This document shows, piece by piece, positions 18,740-27,753 of a stretch of 64,000 nt of DNA; within the stretch, counting starts at the first letter, position 1; every line of letters begins with the position of its first letter. Source of the DNA: Cyclobacteriaceae bacterium (GTDB lineage: Bacteria; Bacteroidota; Bacteroidia; Cytophagales; Cyclobacteriaceae); assembly GCA_039971015.1 (NCBI GenBank), contig JBDVKV010000024.1, positions 1,171-65,170 of the forward strand. The letters run 5' to 3'. Under the pieces are notes generated by a model. It ran no database searches. It saw only the letters and a list, made by a program, of their open reading frames with translations, and had not been told where the DNA came from. Position numbers and translations under genes: made by a program.

Positions 18740-20782
18740 TTAATTGTAATTATTAATTGAATAAGAAATTCCAAGGAAATAAGATCTACCGTATCCAATA
18801 GGTCTGCTTCCTCCTGAAGTATGCGTACCCCCATCAACTGATGTATTGTTAATATTTTTTACATCCAACAGGTTGCGGACGCCAGTAGTAAGAATAAAAT
18901 TTTTCAACACGTCTTTTTGAATAGTGAAGTCAAGCCAGTCATAGCTGCTGATTTTTGCCAGAGAAATGGTTTCTGCTCCATCTACATCGGCTATCTCAAA
19001 ATATGGCGTTACCCCAGTATGCTTATGGTATAGGGAGAGTATAAGCCCTGCTGTAGGCACTTTATAGCTTAATATTGTAACCACCTCAGGGGACCAGGTA
19101 AACTCGTCAAGGTCATTTGCGCTCTCCAGGTATTGATTAAACCTTCCAATGTAAGAGAACCCAACTGCCGCAGTCAATTTTCCGAACTTAAGGTTATTCC
19201 TGAGTGTAACTCCTTTAGTTTTAAATCGGTCAATATTGAGGTAAGTTGTGATTAAAGTATTTCCGGGTTTTTGCCCAAAGCCAATCATGTTTTCCACCGT
19301 GTTGTAAAAAGCACCGAGACTTGTATTGAATCGCACTTGGTCTTTATCCACCACCTGCCAGTTCCATGAAGCATTATAACTATGCGACAATTCTGCTTTT
19401 AGATTCTGATTACCTTCGATCGCATGACTGGCATCAAAGAAGTCAAAATAAAGTTCTCTCAATGAAGGCGCGCGAAACCCACGTCCATAAGAAGCACGTA
19501 GGTCATGATGCTTTGATAATACCAACTTAGAATTAATAGACGGAATAACTGGTGGTGCTTTATAAACGGTGTTATGAACTATCCTTATTCCCGGTCTAAT
19601 CTGTAAAGCCTTCACAATTTGCCATTCGACAGAACCAAAAAATGCGTAATCGTTAATATTTTGAACGCCTGATTGAATTCTACCTCCTTCACCTTGCTCA
19701 AGGTTAATATCAAAGCCAGGTTGAATAGCTACCTTATCATTTATTTTATATTGAAAGGTACCACGCGCAGTGGTTCCTCCAAATCGATTCACATCTTGAA
19801 GCCCTGCTCCCAAAGCAAGCCGTTCAATACCTGTTATCTTATCAACTGTGCTGGTTTGCGTTTTTCTTTCATAGCTGGTATAAGCTAAGGCTCCATTGAA
19901 ATTAAAGCGATCAGAAAAATTATGTGACCCCTGAATCTGATGCATAAACCTATTGGTAATATAGTCTTGGTCCAATGCTTCATTCCCTTCAAACACTCCT
20001 GGGTTGTATATGTTTTCATTAAGGTAATCCAGTCGATAATAGACATCGCTTTTATCTGTTTTCCACCCTACCAATCCACTGGCCAGCCATTGCTTTTTAG
20101 GGTGCCATTGCTTGTCCCTTTCTTCTGCATTACCCTGCCAGCCGCCAAAACTATTTCTACTTAAGTCAACGTGTGTATAAAGCTTTTCCCATGCATAGCC
20201 ACCTCCTAAACTTTGATTATGTGTTCCTTCATCCTCCCCGTATTCTTTTCCCACTGTCTCCTCTTGTACTCTTGCATTGATGCTCCAGGTTCCTTCCACT
20301 TCTTTTTTGGTGATAATATTTATTACCCCGGCCAGCGCATCAGCACCATATACCACAGACATCGGCCCCTCCACAATTTCGATGCGCTCTACCGTCTGGG
20401 GATTGATCTGATTAATATTGATTTCGTTGGAAGTTCCCTGGCGGCCTATCATAGGTACACCATCGATAAGCACTTTTACATTTTGACCCGACAGACCCTG
20501 CAGTGATAGGTTTGACCCCCCTAGGGCCTGATCCTGAGAAAACCTAACATTGAGTTCGGTATTAAGAACATCCTCCAGTTTTGTAGCACCCCTGGCCTGG
20601 ATAATCTCCATAGGAATGGTGCGGACAGAGTACACAGATTTCCTTGCCGACTGTGGCTCAAATTGGCCGGTTATTACCACATCCTCCAGAAAACGGGTAG
20701 CCAAAGTATCTCCAAATTGCCCCTGTGCGCGTACTGCAATTGTTGCAGTAATTAATAATAGGGAGCAGGTCATTTTTTTCAT
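18740..20782 (-). CDS. TonB-dependent outer-membrane receptor, HmuR-like (heme)
   Basis: LEDVVITG, plug VKVLIDGVP...IERIEIVEGPMSVVYGADALAGVINIITKK, FRAPSLRELY, NLKAELS and GRSYFLGISY. Start moved to ATG 20782. Confidence 0.9.
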   Translation of the reverse strand: MKKMTCSLLLITATIAVRAQGQFGDTLATRFLEDVVITGQFEPQSARKSVYSVRTIPMEIIQARGATKLEDVLNTELNVRFSQDQALGGSNLSLQGLSGQNVKVLIDGVPMIGRQGTSNEININQINPQTVERIEIVEGPMSVVYGADALAGVINIITKKEVEGTWSINARVQEETVGKEYGEDEGTHNQSLGGGYAWEKLYTHVDLSRNSFGGWQGNAEERDKQWHPKKQWLASGLVGWKTDKSDVYYRLDYLNENIYNPGVFEGNEALDQDYITNRFMHQIQGSHNFSDRFNFNGALAYTSYERKTQTSTVDKITGIERLALGAGLQDVNRFGGTTARGTFQYKINDKVAIQPGFDINLEQGEGGRIQSGVQNINDYAFFGSVEWQIVKALQIRPGIRIVHNTVYKAPPVIPSINSKLVLSKHHDLRASYGRGFRAPSLRELYFDFFDASHAIEGNQNLKAELSHSYNASWNWQVVDKDQVRFNTSLGAFYNTVENMIGFGQKPGNTLITTYLNIDRFKTKGVTLRNNLKFGKLTAAVGFSYIGRFNQYLESANDLDEFTWSPEVVTILSYKVPTAGLILSLYHKHTGVTPYFEIADVDGAETISLAKISSYDWLDFTIQKDVLKNFILTTGVRNLLDVKNINNTSVDGGTHTSGGSRPIGYGRSYFLGISYSINNYN

Positions 20783-20793
20783 GTGCGCAAAGG

Positions 20794-20808
20794 TTAGAAT
20801 GATTCTAA
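20794..20808. promoter_or_regulatory. Fur-like box overlapping the TBDR promoter
   Basis: Perfect 7-1-7 palindrome TTAGAAT-G-ATTCTAA overlapping a near-consensus -7 box (AACCTTTG, minus strand 20795-20788). Confidence 0.75.
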
Positions 20809-20879
20809 ATAAAAAATACCCGTATGAGTATAATAAGTGCCCTATTGAATACTTTACCATTCGGATGGACAAATTTTGG

Positions 20880-20887
20880 TATTTTTG
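20880..20887 (+). promoter_or_regulatory. Bacteroidota -7 promoter element (AraC gene)
   Basis: TATTTTTG upstream of ATG 20956. Confidence 0.55.
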
Positions 20888-20955
20888 AACCCATTATGGA
20901 TGAAATAAGTTAATAACAGCACTGACGTTTGTCATTTTTTTATCAACACAAGCCC

Positions 20956-21837
20956 ATGAAAGCAACTCTGTTAGAAAAAAATACCCATGAAGGGATAATT
21001 CGGGAGCTCTATGATCGCGATGAAGTATCGCTATCCGTAGTAGAAAATAAGGGATATGAGACTTTTTCATGCCCTGCAGAACTGAAAAAAAACCTTATCC
21101 ACTTCTATTTTTGTATGGAAGGAAGTGCATTGTTTGAATTTGGACCTCATTATTCAAGGGAAATACAGAAAAAAAGAAATTATTTCTTTTACAATCCCGA
21201 AGGTGACTTGCCATTCCGAATCAATCTGGCCCCAGCCACCCGAATGGTTTTTCTAACCATCTCCCTCAAAAATCTCCACGAGCTTTTCTTACACGACACA
21301 CTTCCATTTTTGAAGCCTGAGACGATTAACAGGAAGTTTTACGATGAAAGGGAAATACCGGCATCGCTGATGGTGGTACTCAATCAGCTTTCAACGGTAA
21401 ATCTTAGTGAGGCAGCAGAAAAACTCTACTATCAGGGAAAGGTGCTGGAACTATTAAGTTTATATTTCTCGGAGAGGAAAGCAGATACGGAAAGCTGTCC
21501 TTTCTTAAATGATGAAGAAACTGTACGGAAAATTAAGCGGGCCAAGGAGTTTTTGTTAAAAAATAGTGATTCACCTCCCAGCTTAAAAGAGCTCGCCAAA
21601 ATGGCGGGATTGAATGAGTACCAGCTGAAAGTAGGTTTCAAGCAAATCTACGGCAATACAGTTTTTGGTTTTTTGTTGGATCACAAATTGGACAACGCCC
21701 AATTATTGTTGGATACCGGAAAATATAAAGTGAATGAGGTGGCTTATCAGATTGGTTACACTAATCCGAGCCATTTTATTGCTGCCTTTAAAAAGAAGTT
21801 TGGGGTAACACCAAAAAAATATCTGATGAGTAAGTAG
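20956..21837 (+). CDS. AraC-family transcriptional regulator
   Basis: C-terminal double HTH (PPSLKELAKMAGLNEYQLKVGFKQIYG...VNEVAYQIGYTNPSHFIAAFKKKFGVTP); divergent from the heme receptor. Confidence 0.93.
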   Translation: MKATLLEKNTHEGIIRELYDRDEVSLSVVENKGYETFSCPAELKKNLIHFYFCMEGSALFEFGPHYSREIQKKRNYFFYNPEGDLPFRINLAPATRMVFLTISLKNLHELFLHDTLPFLKPETINRKFYDEREIPASLMVVLNQLSTVNLSEAAEKLYYQGKVLELLSLYFSERKADTESCPFLNDEETVRKIKRAKEFLLKNSDSPPSLKELAKMAGLNEYQLKVGFKQIYGNTVFGFLLDHKLDNAQLLLDTGKYKVNEVAYQIGYTNPSHFIAAFKKKFGVTPKKYLMSK

Positions 21838-21843
21838 TAGAAA

Positions 21844-23358
21844 CTACCTTTTGCTAAAGAGCATCCCAAAAATTCCGCGCACCAAAGACCGGCCTACCTG
21901 CTTACCTATGGAAGAGTCCATAATTTCTTCCAGGGCACTCTTCTCCTTTCTTCGGGAGGATGATCTCCGTGCAGCTGGTTTTGTCTTCCGTTCCTCTTCC
22001 TCCTCCTCTTGGGCTTCCATTTTCTTTGAAAGCAATTCATAGGCACTTTCCGGATCTATCGTTTTCTGATATTTCTTATAAAATTCAGACTGGCTCAATA
22101 ACTTCTCATATTCCTTTTCATCCATTGGCCCCATAACAGAAACAGGAGGTGCAAGGTGCGTTGCTACAGTTTCCGTTGGAATCCCTTTGTCATTAAGTAC
22201 CGTAATAAACGCCTGCCCAGTCCCCAACTGGGTAAATTGCTTCTCTATATCATAAAATTCAGATTTTGGAAAGGAATTCACTGTCTCCCGAAGTGCTTTT
22301 ACATCATTGGGGGTAAACGCACGCACCACGTGATGAATCCTGTTGCCTAACTGAGATAATACATTGGCAGGCACATCCTGGGAAAGTTGTGTGCAAAAGA
22401 AGATTCCCACCCCTTTTGATCGGATCAGTCGGATTACCTGATCGATCTGATCGAGAAATGCTTTTGGTGCATCTTTAAAAAGCAGGTGAGCTTCATCCAA
22501 AAAGAAAATGAGTTTGGGTTTATCCTGATCACCCGCTTCAGGCAATTGCTGGTAAAGCTCCGCTAATAAGGACAGCATAAAGGTAGAGAATATGGCAGGC
22601 TGATGCTGAACATCAGAAACGTTGAGCAAACTGATCACTCCACGGCCATCCACTTTTTCGAATAAGTCATCAATATCAAACGATTTTTCACCAAATAACT
22701 GGCTCACTCCTTTCTGTTCCAACACAACAATTTTTCGTAGAATGGTACCGGCAGTAACAGAAGATATTTTTCCATAGTCTTCCTTTATTTCTTTCGCTCC
22801 CTCACCCTCCGACAAATAGTTGAGTACTTTCTTAAGATCATTAAGATCGACTATTGGTAGTTTTTTATCATCTGCATACTTAAAGATCACCGATAACACC
22901 CCGCTTTGCACCTCATTCAAATCCATGATCTTGCTGAGCAGGACAGGACCAAACTCAGTGACAGTCGCCCTCATCTGACTTCCCAGCTTTCCACTTAAGG
23001 AATATAATTCCAATGGAAAATACGATGGCTTAAACTCAATACCCAAAGCGGTAGCCCGCTCAATTAATCTATCGTTGATCACACCTTCCTTCCCCATTCC
23101 TGACAAATCCCCTTTCATATCGGGCATAAAAACAGGAATACCTTCCGCTGATAACTGTTCTGCCAATAGTTGTAATGTCCTTGTTTTTCCTGACCCAGTT
23201 GCACCTGTGACCAACCCATGACGATTCATCATCTTCAGGGGTAATTTCACTTTTGCATCGGCCAATATTTCATTGTCCAGCATTCCCGCCCCCAGAAAAA
23301 TTGACGATCCCTTAGGTGAATACGATTTTTGGACTGCTTCAATAAATTTTGCTTTCAT
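21844..23358 (-). CDS. DUF853/YjgR HerA-like ATPase
   Basis: NRHGLVTGATGSGKTRTLQ, DMKGDLSG, FFLDEAHLLF, IRSKGVGIFFCTQ and LGNRIHH. Start moved to ATG 23358. Confidence 0.9.
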   Translation of the reverse strand: MKAKFIEAVQKSYSPKGSSIFLGAGMLDNEILADAKVKLPLKMMNRHGLVTGATGSGKTRTLQLLAEQLSAEGIPVFMPDMKGDLSGMGKEGVINDRLIERATALGIEFKPSYFPLELYSLSGKLGSQMRATVTEFGPVLLSKIMDLNEVQSGVLSVIFKYADDKKLPIVDLNDLKKVLNYLSEGEGAKEIKEDYGKISSVTAGTILRKIVVLEQKGVSQLFGEKSFDIDDLFEKVDGRGVISLLNVSDVQHQPAIFSTFMLSLLAELYQQLPEAGDQDKPKLIFFLDEAHLLFKDAPKAFLDQIDQVIRLIRSKGVGIFFCTQLSQDVPANVLSQLGNRIHHVVRAFTPNDVKALRETVNSFPKSEFYDIEKQFTQLGTGQAFITVLNDKGIPTETVATHLAPPVSVMGPMDEKEYEKLLSQSEFYKKYQKTIDPESAYELLSKKMEAQEEEEEERKTKPAARRSSSRRKEKSALEEIMDSSIGKQVGRSLVRGIFGMLFSKR

Positions 23359-23412
23359 AACCACTCTCTCTTCATCACAAATTAGTGTAATTAAGCACAT
23401 TATCCCACCCCG

Positions 23413-23928
23413 CTATTCTACCCTTTTCTTCATTAACCAATCGGTTTGAATTTCACTACCCATTTTAAAAGGGTGTTCATCGAATTTTTCAAAACCCCGA
23501 TTAAGATAAAATTGTTGTGCTTTCACATTGTGTTCCCAAACGCCCAACCATATCCAATAAAAATCATGTGCTTTTGCATAGTCTAAGCAAGTTTGCAGGA
23601 GCAGAATACCCACCTTTTTTCCCTGATATTTATTCAGCACATAAATTCTTTCAAGCTCAATGGCGCCTTCCTTGAGTGTATCGTTTACCTCCTCATTTCG
23701 TCTCACCTTCGCATATCCTATCGGAGTTAATTCATCGAATGCCAAAAAAAATTGACTGTTTCCATCCTTAAGTTCTCCTTCGATTTTCTCTACTGCAAAT
23801 GCATTGCTAATATACGCCTCCATGTTTTCCGGAGAATTATCCTTCGCGAAGGCGGAAAGAAATGTTTCCCTTCCCATCGACACCAATAGTGACAGATCAC
23901 TAAGAGAAGCAGTTCTAACCTTAATCAT
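23413..23928 (-). CDS. GNAT acetyltransferase (PaiA-like)
   Basis: ETFLSAF...ELERIYV...YQGKKVG...IWLGVWEHNVKAQQFYLNRGF. Confidence 0.9.
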   Translation of the reverse strand: MIKVRTASLSDLSLLVSMGRETFLSAFAKDNSPENMEAYISNAFAVEKIEGELKDGNSQFFLAFDELTPIGYAKVRRNEEVNDTLKEGAIELERIYVLNKYQGKKVGILLLQTCLDYAKAHDFYWIWLGVWEHNVKAQQFYLNRGFEKFDEHPFKMGSEIQTDWLMKKRVE

Positions 23929-24845
23929 TTTTTCTTTTCTTTATAATTCTGAAAGGTGTATAAAAATCCAAGTGAAAATGCCTGGCTCAGCTGTACACCA
24001 CTATCCTGGTCAAAGTCATAAAGCAGAATACCTCCCAAGCTGACATTAACAAATTTATTTACCTTCGCAGTTAAATTAATATCGAGCCGATGATCTATCG
24101 TCTTCATTTCCAATGTCTGGTAATTAGCAAAAAAGAGATACCTCCATTTTAGTTCCAAATTTTCAGCAATATCCTTGCTGTACTCTGCCAACATCTGGAA
24201 GGCCAATGCTTCTACACGAACCCTCTCACCCACTTTCACTCCGTAAGGCGCTATTGAATCAACAGCAAGATATCGATCACTGTTTTGCACGAGTGTTAAT
24301 CTTGAGGCTATAGGAGCTAATCTCAGCTTAAAGCTTTCGTCAGGAGAATATTCAAAACCCAACGACCCTGTAATAAATGCTGGCGCCAAAAAATCCGAAA
24401 TAACGCTACTTTGCTCCACACCATTGGCGTCTTTTTCATACTTAAAACCTTCTGCAAATTGAGATGAAAAGTTAAGTGCAGTAAACAACCCCCAGTTTTC
24501 ATTAAAGTCGTAGCCGTATTTTGTATCGAGATAAATCCGATCCAAGGTTTTTCTAAAACCCTGCCCATCATTGTTCACCATACCGAATAGCAGATCCATT
24601 TCATTAGTCCATGATTTCTTCTTCTTTTTATAATTTGCCTTGGTATTCAAAAAAGCGTTGAATCCAAATGAATTTACACCCCCTGCCTTCCAATTGGCTG
24701 AAAAGGAAGATTGATTAAGGTTAAGACCGGCCTTGAAACTTTTCTTCCAAAAAGTGGTTGTATCTATCCGAATAATTTGCGCAGAGGCGGCAACAGAAAA
24801 AGTTAGAGAAAAGAAAACCGCGCAGAAAAATTTAAAATGAAACAT
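23925..24845 (-). CDS. DUF3078 outer-membrane beta-barrel
   Basis: Signal peptide; NQSSFSANWKAGG, FRKTLDRI, SDFLAPA and alternating beta strands. Confidence 0.85.
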   Translation of the reverse strand: MFHFKFFCAVFFSLTFSVAASAQIIRIDTTTFWKKSFKAGLNLNQSSFSANWKAGGVNSFGFNAFLNTKANYKKKKKSWTNEMDLLFGMVNNDGQGFRKTLDRIYLDTKYGYDFNENWGLFTALNFSSQFAEGFKYEKDANGVEQSSVISDFLAPAFITGSLGFEYSPDESFKLRLAPIASRLTLVQNSDRYLAVDSIAPYGVKVGERVRVEALAFQMLAEYSKDIAENLELKWRYLFFANYQTLEMKTIDHRLDINLTAKVNKFVNVSLGGILLYDFDQDSGVQLSQAFSLGFLYTFQNYKEKKK

Positions 24846-24900
24846 ATAGGTGATTTTGATTACTGCTCAAAAGTAAAAGCAAAATCAAAAAGTAGCTAAC

Positions 24901-25314
24901 CTAAATGTTATTGAGTTTAATCTCTTCCAATGCTATTTCAGTGAGGGGCTTGGTGATAAACTTGATAACGTGATTGTTGTTAACAATCTTGTCAATATCA
25001 CGCTTGTTATCAGAACTGGAAAGGATAATTACCTTGCATTTATTTTTTACCAACTCGTTAAACTTTTCAAATTCATAGAGGAATACAAACCCATCTACAA
25101 TGGGCATATTGATGTCCAGAAAAATGATATTGGGGAGTTCGGTTACATTATTTTGATTCTCTTTCAGGTAATCCAATGCGCTCTTTCCAGAACTCTTCAC
25201 CTCTACTCTTTTCGAGAACTTGGTTATCTCTATAATGCGTTTACTGATAAAATTATCAGTATCGTTATCATCAACCAGCATTACTAAATCAATTACCTTA
25301 TCCAAAGTTTCCAT
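24901..25314 (-). CDS. Stand-alone receiver-domain response regulator
   Basis: LVDD, IFLDINMP (phospho-Asp), ILSSS and FITKP. Confidence 0.92.
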   Translation of the reverse strand: METLDKVIDLVMLVDDNDTDNFISKRIIEITKFSKRVEVKSSGKSALDYLKENQNNVTELPNIIFLDINMPIVDGFVFLYEFEKFNELVKNKCKVIILSSSDNKRDIDKIVNNNHVIKFITKPLTEIALEEIKLNNI

Positions 25315-25456
25315 CAAAAAATCAAATCAGCCCAGAACAATACTTAGTTACACCTCAATTAACTCCAAAAATATCCTTTTCAGCAAAAAGATAGGTACTT
25401 CTTTGCCCATTAAGTCAATCAGGTAAGTATTTTGGAATAATTGACAAAAAATGAAA

Positions 25457-27052
25457 TTAAGGCTGCAATATCCTTAATTTTTCACCAAGTGACAGGTTAA
25501 AGTCCTTCTTTTCATTCCATTCCATCAAATCTTTTATGGTTACACCATACTGCCGTGCTACACTGTATAGCGTATCTGAAGACCTTACTTCGTGAACTAT
25601 TGGTGAGTTGTTTTCATTCAATACAATCATGCTGGTCGCAGGAATTGAAGCGTTGCTAACGACTGTTATCTGTTCATTTGGCAAAGTATCTGTACTTTCT
25701 TCGGTCTTGGGCAAAAAATCCTCCTTAATATCAGGCTTATAAGTCTTTTCATTGACTGAGGCCTGTCCCCAATTAAATTCGTCATCAGTGTTCAATTCTA
25801 CAATTTCTCCTTCTTGTGGTACATCCTCTTTAGGAGGTTTGGTGCTGCTCAGCCACAGCATTGCACTTACATTTACTTTATCATTTTGACTCAAACGGTT
25901 GTATTTGCGTAGCTTTTTAAGTTGAACACCGTATGTCTGACTCACCATCCACAGGTTCTCACCATCCATTACCTTATGATAAGCTTCAGATGCACGCCTC
26001 TTTTTCTTTTCAACGAAATACTTCTTCCCAGGTATAACCGAGTGATCGATTGACACATCATTGTATCTAAGAAAGGCGGAAAGGCTTATTCCTGAACGAT
26101 CAGCTAAAGATGTTATTCGATCCCCAGGCTTGGCAATAACGACAGGTATTCCATTCACAAATAGGGATGGAGTAGCTACTTCAGAAGCCACTCCGGTTTC
26201 AACTATCACAGGACTGGGAGGTTTACTGATGGATAACTTAGTAAAGTTTTGGTCATAGGCTCCCTGAGGAATAAGAACCGTATACTGCTTATCATCTGGT
26301 ATGTCTCCCCTTCTGGCCCATTTATTATACTCTTCGATTGTTTCAAGGTCTACCTGATACTTATTGGCAATATCCTTAAGGGATGTTTTACTGACTGTTT
26401 CAAAGGTCACCAATTTCAACTGAGGCTCTCCATTCAAGGCACTTTCAAAGGCGATTTTATGGGCAAGGTACTTTTTTACATACCAATATGTTTTTCCATT
26501 GATGTCCATGTGCTTGGCACCATTGTGCTTGTCCCCCACTGCGCGTCTGGCTCCTCCAGCTCCCATTTGGTATGCCTGTAAAGCATAAACCCAGTTATTG
26601 AAATAGAAATTATTTTGCTTTAGATATCGGGCAGCTCCACGGGTAGCTGATATCAGGTTCATCCTTTCGTCTACTTCCTTATCTACACGCATGCCGACTT
26701 CTTCGGCTGTAAAATCTTTAAACTGCCAAAACCCTACCGCATTGGAACTGGAAACCGCATCAGAAATCAGTGCGCTCTCCTGAAGAGCAAGATATTTAAA
26801 GTCATCGGGTAGCCGTTCTTCCTGGAAGATTTTTTCAATAATTGGAAAATAGGTTTTTGCACGTTCCACTTTCATATTGAAGTAGTACGGGTGCTGGGTT
26901 AGTGCATCCACATCTTTTTGAATTTCGCGTCTTGCATCATCCTTGATAACAAGGGTCATGCCTGCGAATTGCATTTTGTGGGGCACTTCAGGAGTCTGGC
27001 CGTTAGAGACAGCTGCTCCCAAAAAAAATAGTGCTGCTGCAAAAAATCTCAT
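25457..27052 (-). CDS. MltD-like lytic transglycosylase with LysM domains
   Basis: SLT core LALQESAL...AVGFWQF...YQMG; LysM repeats (HKVMDGENLWMVS, HEVRSSDTLYSVARQYGVT). Start moved to ATG 27052. Confidence 0.88.
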   Translation of the reverse strand: MRFFAAALFFLGAAVSNGQTPEVPHKMQFAGMTLVIKDDARREIQKDVDALTQHPYYFNMKVERAKTYFPIIEKIFQEERLPDDFKYLALQESALISDAVSSSNAVGFWQFKDFTAEEVGMRVDKEVDERMNLISATRGAARYLKQNNFYFNNWVYALQAYQMGAGGARRAVGDKHNGAKHMDINGKTYWYVKKYLAHKIAFESALNGEPQLKLVTFETVSKTSLKDIANKYQVDLETIEEYNKWARRGDIPDDKQYTVLIPQGAYDQNFTKLSISKPPSPVIVETGVASEVATPSLFVNGIPVVIAKPGDRITSLADRSGISLSAFLRYNDVSIDHSVIPGKKYFVEKKKRRASEAYHKVMDGENLWMVSQTYGVQLKKLRKYNRLSQNDKVNVSAMLWLSSTKPPKEDVPQEGEIVELNTDDEFNWGQASVNEKTYKPDIKEDFLPKTEESTDTLPNEQITVVSNASIPATSMIVLNENNSPIVHEVRSSDTLYSVARQYGVTIKDLMEWNEKKDFNLSLGEKLRILQP

Positions 27053-27116
27053 CTCTAAGACAAATGTAGGAATAAATCTCAAAATATTGAATATCAATCC
27101 ATAACGATCCAATTAT

Positions 27117-27752
27117 TCAAATCTTGCGCAAAACCATAATTCCATCCCTAATAGGCAATAGCACATGCTCCACGCGCGGGTCTTCACACACTTTTTTATT
27201 GAATTCCAGGATATTAAGGGTGTCTTTATCGGGTTTTTCGTCAAGTACCTTACCGCTCCAAAGCACGTTGTCAGCCAATATATAGCCACCCGTTGACATC
27301 TTATCAATCACGAGGTCATAGTACATAGAATAACCCGCCTTATCTGCATCGATAAACACTAAATCAAAAGGACCTTGGAGAGTAGGAATTATTTCCCTGG
27401 CATCACCAATCCTGTAATCCACCTTATCATTAAATTCTGACTCCATGAAATAGCCGCGAACTCTTCCTTCCAACTCCTCATTAATATCAATAGTTATGAG
27501 TTTTCCTTTGCTCGACAGGCCTTCCGCCAAACAAAGAGCCGAGTATCCGGTATAAGTTCCTATTTCAAGAATTAAATCCGGTTGAATCATTTTACTGATC
27601 ATTGAAAGGACCCGCCCCTGCATGTGACCAGAAAGCATGCGCGGCTTAAGCACTGACAGATGTGTCTCTCTGTTTATCTTATAAAGAAGCTCGGTCTCTT
27701 TTACGGTATGAGCTTCAGCGTATTGAAGAATATTTTCATTAAGTAATTCCAT
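27117..27752 (-). CDS. O-methyltransferase (family 3, YrrM/CCoAOMT-like)
   Basis: RMLSGHMQG, LEIGTYTGYSAL, LVFIDADK, ADNVLW and RDGI. Confidence 0.92.
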   Translation of the reverse strand: MELLNENILQYAEAHTVKETELLYKINRETHLSVLKPRMLSGHMQGRVLSMISKMIQPDLILEIGTYTGYSALCLAEGLSSKGKLITIDINEELEGRVRGYFMESEFNDKVDYRIGDAREIIPTLQGPFDLVFIDADKAGYSMYYDLVIDKMSTGGYILADNVLWSGKVLDEKPDKDTLNILEFNKKVCEDPRVEHVLLPIRDGIMVLRKI

Positions 27753-27753
27753 A

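Noticed and set aside
21844-23358. HerA-like ATPase as an anti-phage system
   Set aside because: It matches the housekeeping DUF853/YjgR type, with no Sir2, NurA or nuclease partner adjacent.
27113-27307. 64-aa ORF overlapping the O-methyltransferase on the same strand
   Set aside because: It is an alternative frame nested in a conserved gene, with no slippery site or linkage to the mltD frame that I can support.
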